IMG/VR virus record: IMGVR_UViG_3300019850_000189
Coordinates: 32,001 to 96,000 of that record
Strand: one strand, 5' to 3'
DNA length: 64,000 nt
Source of the DNA: a virus
Within the stretch, counting starts at the first letter, position 1; every line of letters begins with the position of its first letter. Of this stretch, positions 9,175-19,127 are shown piece after piece. The notes under the pieces are model-generated. The model made no database searches. It was not told the DNA's origin and saw only the letters and a program-made list of their open reading frames with translations. A program made the translations under genes and the position numbers.

Positions 9175-11028
9175 CTATTTTTTTATTATTTTCGTAAATT
9201 TTAAGTTTCCGCAATCGTATATACGCCAGAATCCTGCTTCATCCATAATTTGAAATTCAGTTTTGTTTTCATTATAATTAGAAAATTTTTTAAGCGCGCT
9301 TTTTCTATATTTGAATCTGTGTTGCCGTATTGATTGTCCGTTGGCTATATACCAATAATTAGGGGCAGTTTCTTTCACCAATTCGAATCCGATTTTTTTG
9401 TATAAATTTCCATTACTCCACCTTCTGTCCGCATAACTGTAAATCTCTACTGGATAGTAATGCTGAATGAAATACTTCAGCATTTTACTTGCTGCGCCCG
9501 GAATGGATGTATCCGGTATGGTAGCGTATCTAGTTAGTTCATAAACATTATCGTTGCTTTTCTTTTGGCCTAACGCAAGTCTAGGTTTTGAAAATGTCAT
9601 AACCGCTACTAATTGAGTATTATAGAACGCTCCAAGATTGATGTTGGCCTTATCACTGCCTTGCAAATGGTAGTTTTCTAAGAATAATGTTTTTTGTTTA
9701 CTATCTATTTCTTGTATGTGGGTTTTTCTGGCTCCAATTGTATTTTTATTAAAGCCAAGTATGGCCTTGAGACGGCTTTTAACTATTGCTTGTTTATATA
9801 TCCATTCATCCTCAAAAATATGAATTAATTTTATGTTGTTGTGAAGGCATTTCTGTGTTTTGTTTAGATGGTAGTATTTGTCTTTGTATAAGCTTGAGTG
9901 CCAATAAAGTCCGTCCAGCTCTATCGCTATTTTATATCGAGAAAGATAGATATCTATTTCTTGCGGCGGAATTATCGATCTTGAATTTGTTACTAAACTT
10001 ATTTTAAATGTTTTTAAGAAATCAGCCAGCTCTAATTCCATGTTAGAAATTCTGCTTGAACGAGGATAACAAAAGGGGCATCTTGGATTGGAACCACCAA
10101 TTAAATTGTCTTCAAATACTTTATTGCACTTAGTACATTTCCATTTTAAAGTGGTTTTTATGCCGCTGTAATCTTTTGGTTTAAATAAAGGCACAGCCTC
10201 TACTATGCGTTGCCCTGTAAATATGCTGTTCAGGAATTTTTGCCTGGATATATCACTAATTTTGTCTTTGACTAATTGGCTTTGCGCTGGGTTTCTCGTT
10301 CCGTATTTCTTTTGACTAGTTGCGACTATTTTAGCTCTAACGGTTACTGATGATAGAGGATTTTCAACACCATATTTCTTTAAATTAGTCTCTTTGACTT
10401 TCTCTTGAATTTCTTTATTTGCTAGGGGAAAGCGAGCACCATATTTCTTAAAATTAGTCATAGCTATTTTTTCTTGAATTTTTGTGCTTGAAAAAGGCAT
10501 TTCAGCGCTGTACCTTTTAAGATTAGTTTGTCTGATTTTGTGTTTTATTATTTCGTTTTGGGCAGGATTCATCACGTCATATTTTTCTAAGCAAGTTGAC
10601 GTCCTTTTTTGAATTATTTCCGGAGCCTGTGAAGGATTTTTAACTCCATATTTTCTTAACCAAGTTTGTTCTACTTTTTTATGTATTTCAGGATTATGGA
10701 GGCTACACTCAACGCCATATCGCTGTAAATTAGTGGCTTTCACTTTATTCTTCACAGCTTTATTTTGCATTGGATTTTCTGTTCCATATTTCGACAAGCT
10801 TGTTTCTTTTAATAAACATTGCCCACATTTAATACAAGGCTCAAAAAACTTTTTGTTATATAAGAATAACTGAGTTGTTTGTTTATTACAAAGGCAACAA
10901 TTGTACACTATTTTATCATTTTTGGCGACTTTTTGTGTTCCGTTGATTATTAAATATTTGTCTTTAACTTCAACTTGATTAACATTTATCACTTGATGAG
11001 TTTTAGAAACTATTACTTGTTTAATCAT
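9175..11028 (-). CDS. Putative free-standing homing endonuclease: KYGVENP-type repeats, Zn finger, Vsr/DUF559-like nuclease and C-terminal GNAT (Mom-like) domain
   Basis: About 9 repeats of ~22 aa (KYGxxNPxQ); CTKC/CPFC; EIDIY...IAIELDGLYWHS; C-terminal FLENYHLQG...YSYADRRWSNGNLYKKIGF. Start 11028 preferred because of a GGAG SD. Confidence 0.7.
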   Translation of the reverse strand: MIKQVIVSKTHQVINVNQVEVKDKYLIINGTQKVAKNDKIVYNCCLCNKQTTQLFLYNKKFFEPCIKCGQCLLKETSLSKYGTENPMQNKAVKNKVKATNLQRYGVECSLHNPEIHKKVEQTWLRKYGVKNPSQAPEIIQKRTSTCLEKYDVMNPAQNEIIKHKIRQTNLKRYSAEMPFSSTKIQEKIAMTNFKKYGARFPLANKEIQEKVKETNLKKYGVENPLSSVTVRAKIVATSQKKYGTRNPAQSQLVKDKISDISRQKFLNSIFTGQRIVEAVPLFKPKDYSGIKTTLKWKCTKCNKVFEDNLIGGSNPRCPFCYPRSSRISNMELELADFLKTFKISLVTNSRSIIPPQEIDIYLSRYKIAIELDGLYWHSSLYKDKYYHLNKTQKCLHNNIKLIHIFEDEWIYKQAIVKSRLKAILGFNKNTIGARKTHIQEIDSKQKTLFLENYHLQGSDKANINLGAFYNTQLVAVMTFSKPRLALGQKKSNDNVYELTRYATIPDTSIPGAASKMLKYFIQHYYPVEIYSYADRRWSNGNLYKKIGFELVKETAPNYWYIANGQSIRQHRFKYRKSALKKFSNYNENKTEFQIMDEAGFWRIYDCGNLKFTKIIKK

Positions 11029-11189
11029 TATTGCTCCACAACTATATATGTGTTTGATAAAAAAAAGCATCAATTTTCATTAATTTATTAAGCATATAGT
11101 TGAGTGGTTATTTTTCTTAAAAAGAGCATCTTTTTTAGATTTATGCGAAAGATAATAATGTATTAATTGAAAAATTTGGAGGCGCGGAA

Positions 11190-11729
11190 ATGCCAATTGT
11201 ATTATCTACGGCTGAACAAAGTATTAAGGAACCCAAACGTCAAAATAGATTTATCCTAAAATTCGACGCAGTCCCGGGTGGTGGCGAAGAAGCATTAGCA
11301 CTTGATTTACTATCCGCAGGCAGACCAAACCTGAGCTTCAACAGTGTTCCTATTAATCGTTTAAATGAACAATTCAAGTTCCCCGCTAATCCAACCTGGG
11401 ATCCAATGACATGTGTTTTCTATGATTATGACAAAGGCAAAGACTCATCGGCGCAGATACTGTGGAGATGGGCACGATCAGTTTATGATCCAGTTACTGG
11501 CGCAATGGGATATGCCACACAATATAAAACCAATTCTACACTGGTTATTTTATCTCCAGATGGATCTATAGCTGAGACCTGGGATTTATTTGGTTGCTAC
11601 CCAGATGCTGTTACTTTTAACGAAGTTAGTTATAGTACTTATGATGCATTACAGGTAAACATGACATTGAATTTTGATTATGCAATATTGCAGGAAGACA
11701 CCAGTCAGGGTAATATACCTTCAGCATAA
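11190..11729 (+). CDS. Tail tube protein (gp19-like)
   Basis: EPKRQNRFIL, SAGRPNLSF, WDPMTCVFYD, W-Y-DP-TG-GY and WDLFGCYP motifs. Confidence 0.9.
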   Translation: MPIVLSTAEQSIKEPKRQNRFILKFDAVPGGGEEALALDLLSAGRPNLSFNSVPINRLNEQFKFPANPTWDPMTCVFYDYDKGKDSSAQILWRWARSVYDPVTGAMGYATQYKTNSTLVILSPDGSIAETWDLFGCYPDAVTFNEVSYSTYDALQVNMTLNFDYAILQEDTSQGNIPSA

Positions 11730-11747
11730 ATAATTTGAAATCGTATC

Positions 11748-11778
11748 AAAAGGCCTTCATATATGAAGGCCTTTTTTT
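11748..11778. terminator. Intrinsic terminator after the tail tube gene
   Basis: aaaaggccttcat / atgaaggcctttt stem followed by a T-run. Confidence 0.85.
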
Positions 11779-11906
11779 TATGCGATTTTTAGTTTTTTCA
11801 CTCAAAAAAATACTATCAATCAAATTTTGTTCCCAAAGATATTAGTAGCTGTATAGAGACAGCTGTAGCGTTTGGTAACACAAAATAGTATCAAAGGAGT
11901 TTTAAA

Positions 11907-12062
11907 GTGTCAGATACAACACGCATTTCAGAAAAAGAAAAAAAGGAACTGCAAGAAATATCTAAAAAAACTGGCATTTCATTAAAAAAATTAACCGATA
12001 TGGGCGCAAAATATGTTATTAAAGAATACCGAGAAGGCAATTTTGGTGTCCTGTCGGAATAA
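11907..12062 (+). CDS. Small ribbon-helix-helix-like DNA-binding protein (51 aa, missed by ORF track)
   Basis: GTG start after AAGGAG; TTRISEKEKKELQEISKKTGISLKKLTDMGAKYVI fits the beta-alpha-alpha RHH pattern. Confidence 0.55.
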   Translation: MSDTTRISEKEKKELQEISKKTGISLKKLTDMGAKYVIKEYREGNFGVLSE

Positions 12063-12079
12063 TGCCAAAGGGAGGAAAC

Positions 12080-12955
12080 ATGGCTAAAGAACAACAGCGC
12101 GAAAGTGTTGATATGTCAAATATCAATATAAAGAATAAACCTCCGGATATAGCAAGCAATAAGGAAAAACCAATTGTTGGCGAAACTCCAGCTTTTGAGC
12201 CGCCAGCAGAAGAGGTGGAACTTCCTTCTCACGGCTATCTATACCAGAATGCTACGTCTGATAAATTGGTTCTTAACGGTAAATTGCTGATCAGGCCAAT
12301 GACCATGACTGAAGAGAAAATACTTTCTACTAATCGTTTGATTAAAACCGGACAGGCACTGAACATGGTTTTCAGAAATTGTATCAAATCTGATATAGAT
12401 CCAGAGGATCTGCTTTCGTCAGATAGGATATTTTTGATGTATTGGTTGAGAGCCATATCATATGGCCCAGAATATACCTTTACCTTAAGGTGCCCAAATC
12501 CAACATGTCCTGTTGGAAAGTTTAAGTATACGGTTGATATCAGCAAACAGCCAGTTAAAGAGATGTCAGCCGACATTAAAGAGCCTATAGAACTTAAACT
12601 CAAAAGATCAGGTGCCACTATATTCTATAATCTGTCCAGAGGAAGAACAGAGACCCAGGCGAGACAGCTTAGAAACAAAAAGTTAATTAACGCTACAGAT
12701 ATAGATAATACATCAACTGAAAGACTTGGGCTCCTGATTAAAAAAATAGTTACACCGCAGGGTGAAGAACTCGAAGTCTCAAAATGGAATATGTTTCTGA
12801 ATTCTTTAATAGGAGAGGACTCATCGATCATTAGGGATGATATGAATGAGAAAGATGCTGGCATAGAACCTATAAAGAATATCAGGTGCCCTCATTGTGA
12901 TGAGGAATTTGATGAAGACATCCCTATAACGACCGAGTTTTTTCGTGTCAAATGA
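12080..12955 (+). CDS. Baseplate hub assembly protein (T4 gp26-like)
   Basis: VELPSHG, IRPMTMTEEKIL, LLSSDRIFLMYWLRAISYG; CPxxxC and CPHC; GGAGG SD before ATG 12080. Confidence 0.8.
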   Translation: MAKEQQRESVDMSNINIKNKPPDIASNKEKPIVGETPAFEPPAEEVELPSHGYLYQNATSDKLVLNGKLLIRPMTMTEEKILSTNRLIKTGQALNMVFRNCIKSDIDPEDLLSSDRIFLMYWLRAISYGPEYTFTLRCPNPTCPVGKFKYTVDISKQPVKEMSADIKEPIELKLKRSGATIFYNLSRGRTETQARQLRNKKLINATDIDNTSTERLGLLIKKIVTPQGEELEVSKWNMFLNSLIGEDSSIIRDDMNEKDAGIEPIKNIRCPHCDEEFDEDIPITTEFFRVK

Positions 12956-13202
12956 TGAGGACACTAACTCGGACACCTACAAGTCTCTTCTGCAAATGCA
13001 GTTTATGCTGGCATATCACGGCGGTATAGATGTCTGGTTTACGCAGAACATGACTATTGAAGATAGAAATTATTTTGCCGAACTCCTCATCGATGAGAAG
13101 AAAAGAGAAGAAAAATCATATAAAAAATCTGAGCGAGAAGGCCAGATGCAAAGTAGATCCACGCCCCACAGACCTTACATAAATCCTCGTATAAAGATAT
13201 GA
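12945..13202 (+). CDS. Baseplate hub assembly catalyst (T4 gp51-like)
   Basis: QFMLAYHGG...NMTIEDRNYFAELL pattern; directly follows the gp26-like gene. Confidence 0.65.
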   Translation: MSNDEDTNSDTYKSLLQMQFMLAYHGGIDVWFTQNMTIEDRNYFAELLIDEKKREEKSYKKSEREGQMQSRSTPHRPYINPRIKI

Positions 13203-13216
13203 TAAATAGCTAAACT

Positions 13217-13240
13217 AAAGGCCGGTAAATACCGGCCTTT
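13217..13240. terminator. Hairpin terminator
   Basis: aaaggccggt-aaat-accggccttt. Confidence 0.75.
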
Positions 13241-13315
13241 CTTGCTTTTATTAAATGTATTTGTTCTCCGAAAACATATATAGATATAAAACAATAGCAT
13301 GACGAAGGCAATTTT

Positions 13316-14335
13316 GTGAAAATATTATTATTCAGCGATCTACATGTATACAGACATATGGGTATGGATTTGTTTGTCAAAACGGCCGGCAAATTTCTAT
13401 CCTATGTCGAACAATACGCAATCAAACACAAAATAAATCATATCTACTTTCTTGGAGATATGTTCCAAATTAAGACTAAAGTTGATTCAATGGATTTTAT
13501 TTTTATACGGAACATAATTCGTTCATGGAAGAATAAATTCAAATTGTATTTTTTAATTGGCAATCATGATATGCCACTACCCGATAGCACAGATGGTTCA
13601 ATAATGCACGCTTTCGATGAGTATGGCCGCGTTGTGAAGGATTACGAATATTTTGATTTAAGCGATGATCTTAGGTTTCATTTTATGTCATATATTAAAA
13701 ATGACAATGGTAAGCTGCCGAATTTTAAAATTGGAAATGGTAAAAATGTCCTGTTCATGCATCAGGATGTGACTGGCTTTCGAATGAATAATTCCCATGT
13801 GGCCGGCCTGGGTTTCGATATTACTAAATTCAAACAGATGAATAAAGTTTTTTCAGGTCATTATCATTTACACCAACAAAAACTTAATATTGTATTCATT
13901 GGATCTCCATTTCAAACAAATTTCGGAGAACGCGATACAAATAAAGGCTTTGTTGTACTTGATACGAATACGTTGAATTGGACTTTTCATGAATTTAGGG
14001 GTGCTCCAAGATTCAAGTATGTAGATTATACCCAGATCAATCGTGTTAATGTTAATAATTGTTTTGTCAAGGTCATTATCCCATCAGAAATAAAGAATAC
14101 TGAGCCTATTATAGAAAAAATGAGGTCAAAAGGCGCTATTTCTGTCGATATCAGCACTACAACAGAAGAACTTATTAAAGAGTTGGAGTTTGTAGAAGAG
14201 CTTAATAAATCGACTATCAAGAAATTAGCTATGCAGTTTTTGGATAACATAGATATTTCAAATGATCTTAGCAAAAAGGAATTAGTCAGCATATTAGATA
14301 AAATAAATGACGAATACCTCGCACAAAGAGCGTAA
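13316..14335 (+). CDS. SbcD/Mre11-like recombination nuclease (gp47-like)
   Basis: FSDLH, LGDMF, IGNHD, MHQD and FSGHYH metallophosphoesterase motifs. Confidence 0.92.
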   Translation: MKILLFSDLHVYRHMGMDLFVKTAGKFLSYVEQYAIKHKINHIYFLGDMFQIKTKVDSMDFIFIRNIIRSWKNKFKLYFLIGNHDMPLPDSTDGSIMHAFDEYGRVVKDYEYFDLSDDLRFHFMSYIKNDNGKLPNFKIGNGKNVLFMHQDVTGFRMNNSHVAGLGFDITKFKQMNKVFSGHYHLHQQKLNIVFIGSPFQTNFGERDTNKGFVVLDTNTLNWTFHEFRGAPRFKYVDYTQINRVNVNNCFVKVIIPSEIKNTEPIIEKMRSKGAISVDISTTTEELIKELEFVEELNKSTIKKLAMQFLDNIDISNDLSKKELVSILDKINDEYLAQRA

Positions 14336-14429
14336 TGTGACAAAAAAAAGAGGGGAAATGAACCGCGTTTTGTAGCAATGATAATTAGCAAAATACCTGG
14401 TAATAAATAGAAAAGGGGAGGAACAATAT

Positions 14430-16313
14430 TTGAAGTTTCGCGATCTTCGACTTAGAAATTTTCTCTCTTTCGGCGATGAGGAACAATTCATTCATTTTGT
14501 GGATAATGATATTATTTTGGTTCTAGGCCAGAACTTAAAAGAGGGAGGTTCAAACGGAGCAGGCAAGACCACTCTATATAATGCTATAGTTTGGGCCATC
14601 TATGGCAAAACAACAAAGGGCCTGCAGGCCGATGATGTTGTTAATAATATAACAAATAGAGACTGCATGGTCCAGCTGGATTTTACAATCGACAATAAAT
14701 ATATTAGTATAAAGCGTTGGAGAAAAATAAACGGTAAAAAGAATAAGAATAAAATTTCCCTGAAAGTAAATGGTAATGATGTTTCTCTTGCCAACATGGC
14801 GGATACTCAAGATAAAATAAATAATTTAATTAAAATTAATTTCAGATCATTCATATCATCTGTTATGTTTTCGCAAGATAGAATATTTAATTTTACAGAT
14901 GCTTCTCAGTCAAAAAGAAAAGAAATTATTGAAAATGTATTGCAGGTCGATAATTTGGGGGTGTATGAAAAATTATTAAAAAATGATGTCGTGGAACTTC
15001 AACGACTTCAGGAGAACAAGTATCATCAGCAGGTTAGTAAAAAAGACATGGCGAATTCTTTGGTAACAAATATTCAGGATTATCTTACTTCATGTAAATT
15101 CAAGTCTAAACAACTTATAAATAAGATTAAAGATATGAATCGCGATTTAGAAAGACTTGAAAAAATAGACGGGGATCGTGAGCTCGAAAAACATAAGGAA
15201 AATGATATCTTGAAAAATCAAGAAAAGAAATTAATCAAAAGCATGGATGAATTAAAAATAAAAGAGAACAACGCTAGAGATAAATTGGATACATTATCCA
15301 GGCATGTGAAAGAAAAAGTTAGTAGAAAAAATAAAACTCTCGATAACCTAAAAATAATTAAAGAAGAGCTTCAGAAGGCAGAAAATGATCCAAGTAAATG
15401 CCCTTTATGCGGTAATGTAATAAATCCACATTTAATTAAGAAATATATTTCAGAACGAAAAAATTCTATAACAGTATATAAAAAAGAGCTTAGTGTTTTG
15501 GATGATGATTTTGATAAGTTAAAAATTAAACTCGATGAAGTAAATAGTTCAATTTTGGATTATGAAGAGCGAATAAAGAAATTGAATGAAAAAATAGATA
15601 AAATAAAATATGTAAAGCCAAAAATATCGCTTGATGAACTGCAGAAACTAGTTGAAGAGAAGATAGATTTAAGAAGCAAAATACAAATGCTTAATGACCA
15701 AAAAAATAATATAGTGGATCTTAAATTTATAGAAAGCATAAAAACACAGATTAAAGAGGCAAGAGCTTCAGCTACGGCTATTGAAAAAGACCTTGAAAAT
15801 ATTCAGAATACAGTTAAACATTATTCCTTTTGGCTCCATGCCTTTTCCAAAGGAGAGAATACGATCCGCTCATTTCTTGTCAATAAAATTATTGACTTTA
15901 TTAATAGCCGCATTAAACATTATCTAAACATATTTTTTGTTGAGGAAGTTCAGTTCATCCTTGATCGTGAGATGAATCACACGATATTTAAAAGTGATAT
16001 AGAGATTAGTTTGGCACAATTATCCGGGGGAGAAGAACAAAGATTGAATCTTGCTATCGCCTTTTCATTATTTGATCTCGTTAAGATTAATCTTGGCAAT
16101 GATATAAATATAATATTTATGGACGAAGTACTGGATAGAAATTTGGACGAGAATGGGGTAACAGCCTTACTTAAAATTATTGATGATATGAAAGAGAACG
16201 GAAATTCTATTTACCTTATATCTCACAAGGATAATTTCAAAGCATATTTTAATAATTTTGTTGTTATATATAAAGATGCGAACGGTATATCTAAAATACT
16301 ATCTGCCGCATAA
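14430..16313 (+). CDS. SbcC/Rad50-like recombination ATPase (gp46-like)
   Basis: Walker A GSNGAGKT, coiled coil with CPLC zinc hook, LSGGE signature, Walker B FMDE. Confidence 0.95.
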   Translation: MKFRDLRLRNFLSFGDEEQFIHFVDNDIILVLGQNLKEGGSNGAGKTTLYNAIVWAIYGKTTKGLQADDVVNNITNRDCMVQLDFTIDNKYISIKRWRKINGKKNKNKISLKVNGNDVSLANMADTQDKINNLIKINFRSFISSVMFSQDRIFNFTDASQSKRKEIIENVLQVDNLGVYEKLLKNDVVELQRLQENKYHQQVSKKDMANSLVTNIQDYLTSCKFKSKQLINKIKDMNRDLERLEKIDGDRELEKHKENDILKNQEKKLIKSMDELKIKENNARDKLDTLSRHVKEKVSRKNKTLDNLKIIKEELQKAENDPSKCPLCGNVINPHLIKKYISERKNSITVYKKELSVLDDDFDKLKIKLDEVNSSILDYEERIKKLNEKIDKIKYVKPKISLDELQKLVEEKIDLRSKIQMLNDQKNNIVDLKFIESIKTQIKEARASATAIEKDLENIQNTVKHYSFWLHAFSKGENTIRSFLVNKIIDFINSRIKHYLNIFFVEEVQFILDREMNHTIFKSDIEISLAQLSGGEEQRLNLAIAFSLFDLVKINLGNDINIIFMDEVLDRNLDENGVTALLKIIDDMKENGNSIYLISHKDNFKAYFNNFVVIYKDANGISKILSAA

Positions 16314-16364
16314 CATCAGCACAAACAAAATTCTATCGCAAAGATAATTGATGTGGAGAGGCAA

Positions 16365-16934
16365 ATGGACAAGAAGGCTGAAACGAGTTTATACAAACTT
16401 AAGGGTGATGACGAAATAAGAGCTTTTCTCCTCGGCCGCGGCTGGTCCGAGGAAGCATCATACTTTTTTGCCAAAAAATTCAGCAGTTTTAACCTGGTAT
16501 TGGAAAGGGAGGATCATAGTAGTCTTGGGTGGCATATTCTTATTACAGGCACAGATAATTTTCATCTTAAAAATAATGTGGCCCTGAAGAATGAGATAAA
16601 TGTGTTAAAAGGTATATTTACCGGCTTCTGGTTTCGTGACGATGCATATAAGAATATTGTTGGCCACGAAGTGAGCGATGACGAAACTAAACATGAGGCG
16701 TACATGCCAGAATGCTTCACAAAAGATAAAGACAAAATACAATATTTAGTTTCAATGCTTCTCGGCTCAGGCGCAGATTTCGTATTTGATAATGAATATT
16801 TTTTAGCTTATTATGCTGATAATACAAATCGTAATAAATTACAACTTAAAATTATAAAGATAGAAGATCAGGTAAATTTACATTTTGATAAATCGGGCAA
16901 TCTCTTTTTTGCCAATGGCGAAAAGCTCATATGA
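16365..16934 (+). CDS. Hypothetical protein
   Basis: GGAGAGG SD before ATG 16365. Confidence 0.6.
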   Translation: MDKKAETSLYKLKGDDEIRAFLLGRGWSEEASYFFAKKFSSFNLVLEREDHSSLGWHILITGTDNFHLKNNVALKNEINVLKGIFTGFWFRDDAYKNIVGHEVSDDETKHEAYMPECFTKDKDKIQYLVSMLLGSGADFVFDNEYFLAYYADNTNRNKLQLKIIKIEDQVNLHFDKSGNLFFANGEKLI

Positions 16935-16943
16935 GGAAGAATC

Positions 16944-17378
16944 ATGATTAGGGGAGATAAATATATTATATCAAAACAGATCGGCAATATTCTCATGTCT
17001 CGACCAGAAAGCAATGTTGCTGAAGTTAAAAGCTTTGTTGAAGGCAATATATTATTTAAAATTGGTAAAATGCAGTATATACTACCTATCAACATTTTTT
17101 CAGGATATATAATTGAGAAGATATCACCAGATAAACCAAAAGAAATCAGGATAGCTACGGCAGCAGTTAATAAAACACCTTTTGTTATAACAAAACCGGA
17201 TGTTACTCCAACGGAGCCAACAACAGAACCGGTCCATAATGATACTACCCCGGAGCCAACAACAAAACCGGCTCCTAATGACACTACTCCGGAGCCAACA
17301 ACAGAACCGGACACTAAGCCAGATAATACAATTATTACACCGCCGGATCCTGATGAGGATTTATACGATAATGATTAA
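16944..17378 (+). CDS. Hypothetical protein with Pro/Thr-rich repeat tail
   Basis: GAGG SD; TPEPTTEP repeats. Confidence 0.65.
   Translation: MIRGDKYIISKQIGNILMSRPESNVAEVKSFVEGNILFKIGKMQYILPINIFSGYIIEKISPDKPKEIRIATAAVNKTPFVITKPDVTPTEPTTEPVHNDTTPEPTTKPAPNDTTPEPTTEPDTKPDNTIITPPDPDEDLYDND
17205..17318 (+). repeat. Three 36-nt coding tandem repeats (PEPTTxPxxNDTT)
   Basis: cggagccaacaaca(g/a)aaccgg occurs three times at 36-nt spacing. Confidence 0.85.
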
Positions 17379-17631
17379 TATATATAAAACAGGGACATTT
17401 TACAGCAATTTACAAAATGAATCTGCTTTAGTTAATAGACTACGGGAAAATTTTAGAGCAGGTCATCTTAAAATTAGCATAAGAGTGAAGAATGATGTCA
17501 TTGATTTTACAGCCAAAAGAAAAAGATTGTCTGTTACAGCTGCAAATAGCAAGATACTGGTAGATGAATATGAATTTGATGACGTTGAAGATGCTGCTGA
17601 ATATGTTTTTGGTACATTGAAGGGGAAATGA
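17371..17631 (+). CDS. Hypothetical protein
   Basis: ATG 17371 overlaps the previous stop. Confidence 0.55.
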   Translation: MINIYKTGTFYSNLQNESALVNRLRENFRAGHLKISIRVKNDVIDFTAKRKRLSVTAANSKILVDEYEFDDVEDAAEYVFGTLKGK

Positions 17632-17632
17632 A

Positions 17633-17902
17633 ATGGCTAAGTTTGATGATGTAATTGAGCAGATGCTGGGAGCAAAGCCTAATGATATATCAAAAGATAT
17701 AGCTGCGGCAAAAAACTCCGGCAATAGGGCTCTTGTTGGTTTATTGAATCAAAAACAGAATATTGCGCAAAATATACAGAAGATGCAAAATGATATGAAT
17801 AAATTAGATCTACAAATAGCACAAGCAAAATTAAAATTAGCAACTGGCCCAAATAAAGGCACCACTCCGGCAGGTAATACACCTCCTGGAGGAGCTGCAT
17901 AA
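17633..17902 (+). CDS. Hypothetical coiled-coil protein
   Basis: Coupled ORF; Q/N-rich heptads. Confidence 0.65.
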   Translation: MAKFDDVIEQMLGAKPNDISKDIAAAKNSGNRALVGLLNQKQNIAQNIQKMQNDMNKLDLQIAQAKLKLATGPNKGTTPAGNTPPGGAA

Positions 17903-17918
17903 TTATAGGAGATAAAAT

Positions 17919-18278
17919 ATGAAAGAAAGCAACAAAGAAGAAAAGAAAGTTCAAGCAGCCACTCAAGGCAATTTGGTTGAAGAGAAGTTGTCCGATAAGG
18001 AAAAGCTTAAAGCGGAGATAACCCGCGTTAAAGCATCTTTATCTAATCTTGCCGAGACTGTAGAGAAATGCGAGAAAATAAAGGCTCAAAAAAGATTGGT
18101 GCTTAGCGAAGATGGAAGCGTCACTAAAAAATCACCAGAAGAGGTGTTTACATTTGCCGTATCGGGAGACATTGTTTTAGCGATAATGAATATTATCGAT
18201 AATTTTCTCGGTAGAACAAAAACACAGCTGCTGGAAGATCAGAATAAAATTATTGATAAGTTGAATGAATATCTATGA
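17919..18278 (+). CDS. Hypothetical protein
   Basis: AGGAG SD. Confidence 0.7.
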   Translation: MKESNKEEKKVQAATQGNLVEEKLSDKEKLKAEITRVKASLSNLAETVEKCEKIKAQKRLVLSEDGSVTKKSPEEVFTFAVSGDIVLAIMNIIDNFLGRTKTQLLEDQNKIIDKLNEYL

Positions 18279-18844
18279 AAATTCGTAATGTGGCAACAGG
18301 ACAGAACTTACCGCAGAAGGTGTCTCAGTATGTGGTAGAGCTCTGTCTTCTGGACCCAAAGTTTTATGATAAGAGAGCCCTTGATGATATTATCACGGTG
18401 TTAGAAGATGAATTGACAAAGATCAATTTGGATTATAACGATTGGATAACCACGTTAGAGACCCTGGATGCGGTTCCGCGGAAGAATTTTTTTCTGGGAG
18501 AGAACAACATCAAATGTTTCGATGTTGAAGAAAAAATAGAAACAGATACCGATAGAGCAAAAGTTATAGTTTACAACATACGTGACAAAGATTTATTAAA
18601 AGAACTTATACAAAAAAAGAAGAACAAAGTTTATGTAACTGTTAAATTCATTTCTCCGCGCGTTATCAGGGAGCTTGTTGATATAAAAAGATTTTACAGG
18701 AAATTAATTTATTTATGCGAAACCTCTATTGCGAAATTAAAAGAGTGTTCTCAGGGAATAGAAATTTTAGATGGCGAATATAAAAGTAAAAATAATAAAC
18801 AAGAGCAATTGGCCGAACAAAATAGTATATCAGCAGCTGAATAG
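18275..18844 (+). CDS. Hypothetical protein
   Basis: ATGA overlap with the previous gene. Confidence 0.7.
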   Translation: MKIRNVATGQNLPQKVSQYVVELCLLDPKFYDKRALDDIITVLEDELTKINLDYNDWITTLETLDAVPRKNFFLGENNIKCFDVEEKIETDTDRAKVIVYNIRDKDLLKELIQKKKNKVYVTVKFISPRVIRELVDIKRFYRKLIYLCETSIAKLKECSQGIEILDGEYKSKNNKQEQLAEQNSISAAE

Positions 18845-19115
18845 TAGTTCCAAAATTGCTCTCAATGATGGCGAGAAAATTTGGATGAAAACTTTGCTTA
18901 CACAGCTGGTAGATAGTATTATCCAAAATGATGAAGCGGATCCAAAGATATTCGCAAAGATCATTGAATTATCCCCGCGCTTGGATGATAGTGATATATT
19001 GAATAAATTAATTGCTGATGTTCAGGTCTGGAATAGTTATGCAGAGGATTTTGAAGAAGAACTCTCTGATTTTCCAATTGAGAGTTATTATCAAGAATTA
19101 ATAAAAATAATATAA
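18771..19115 (+). CDS. Hypothetical acidic protein (start uncertain, possibly 18885)
   Basis: Fills the operon gap; acidic C-terminus. Confidence 0.5.
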   Translation: MANIKVKIINKSNWPNKIVYQQLNSSSKIALNDGEKIWMKTLLTQLVDSIIQNDEADPKIFAKIIELSPRLDDSDILNKLIADVQVWNSYAEDFEEELSDFPIESYYQELIKII

Positions 19116-19127
19116 TAGGAGATAAAA

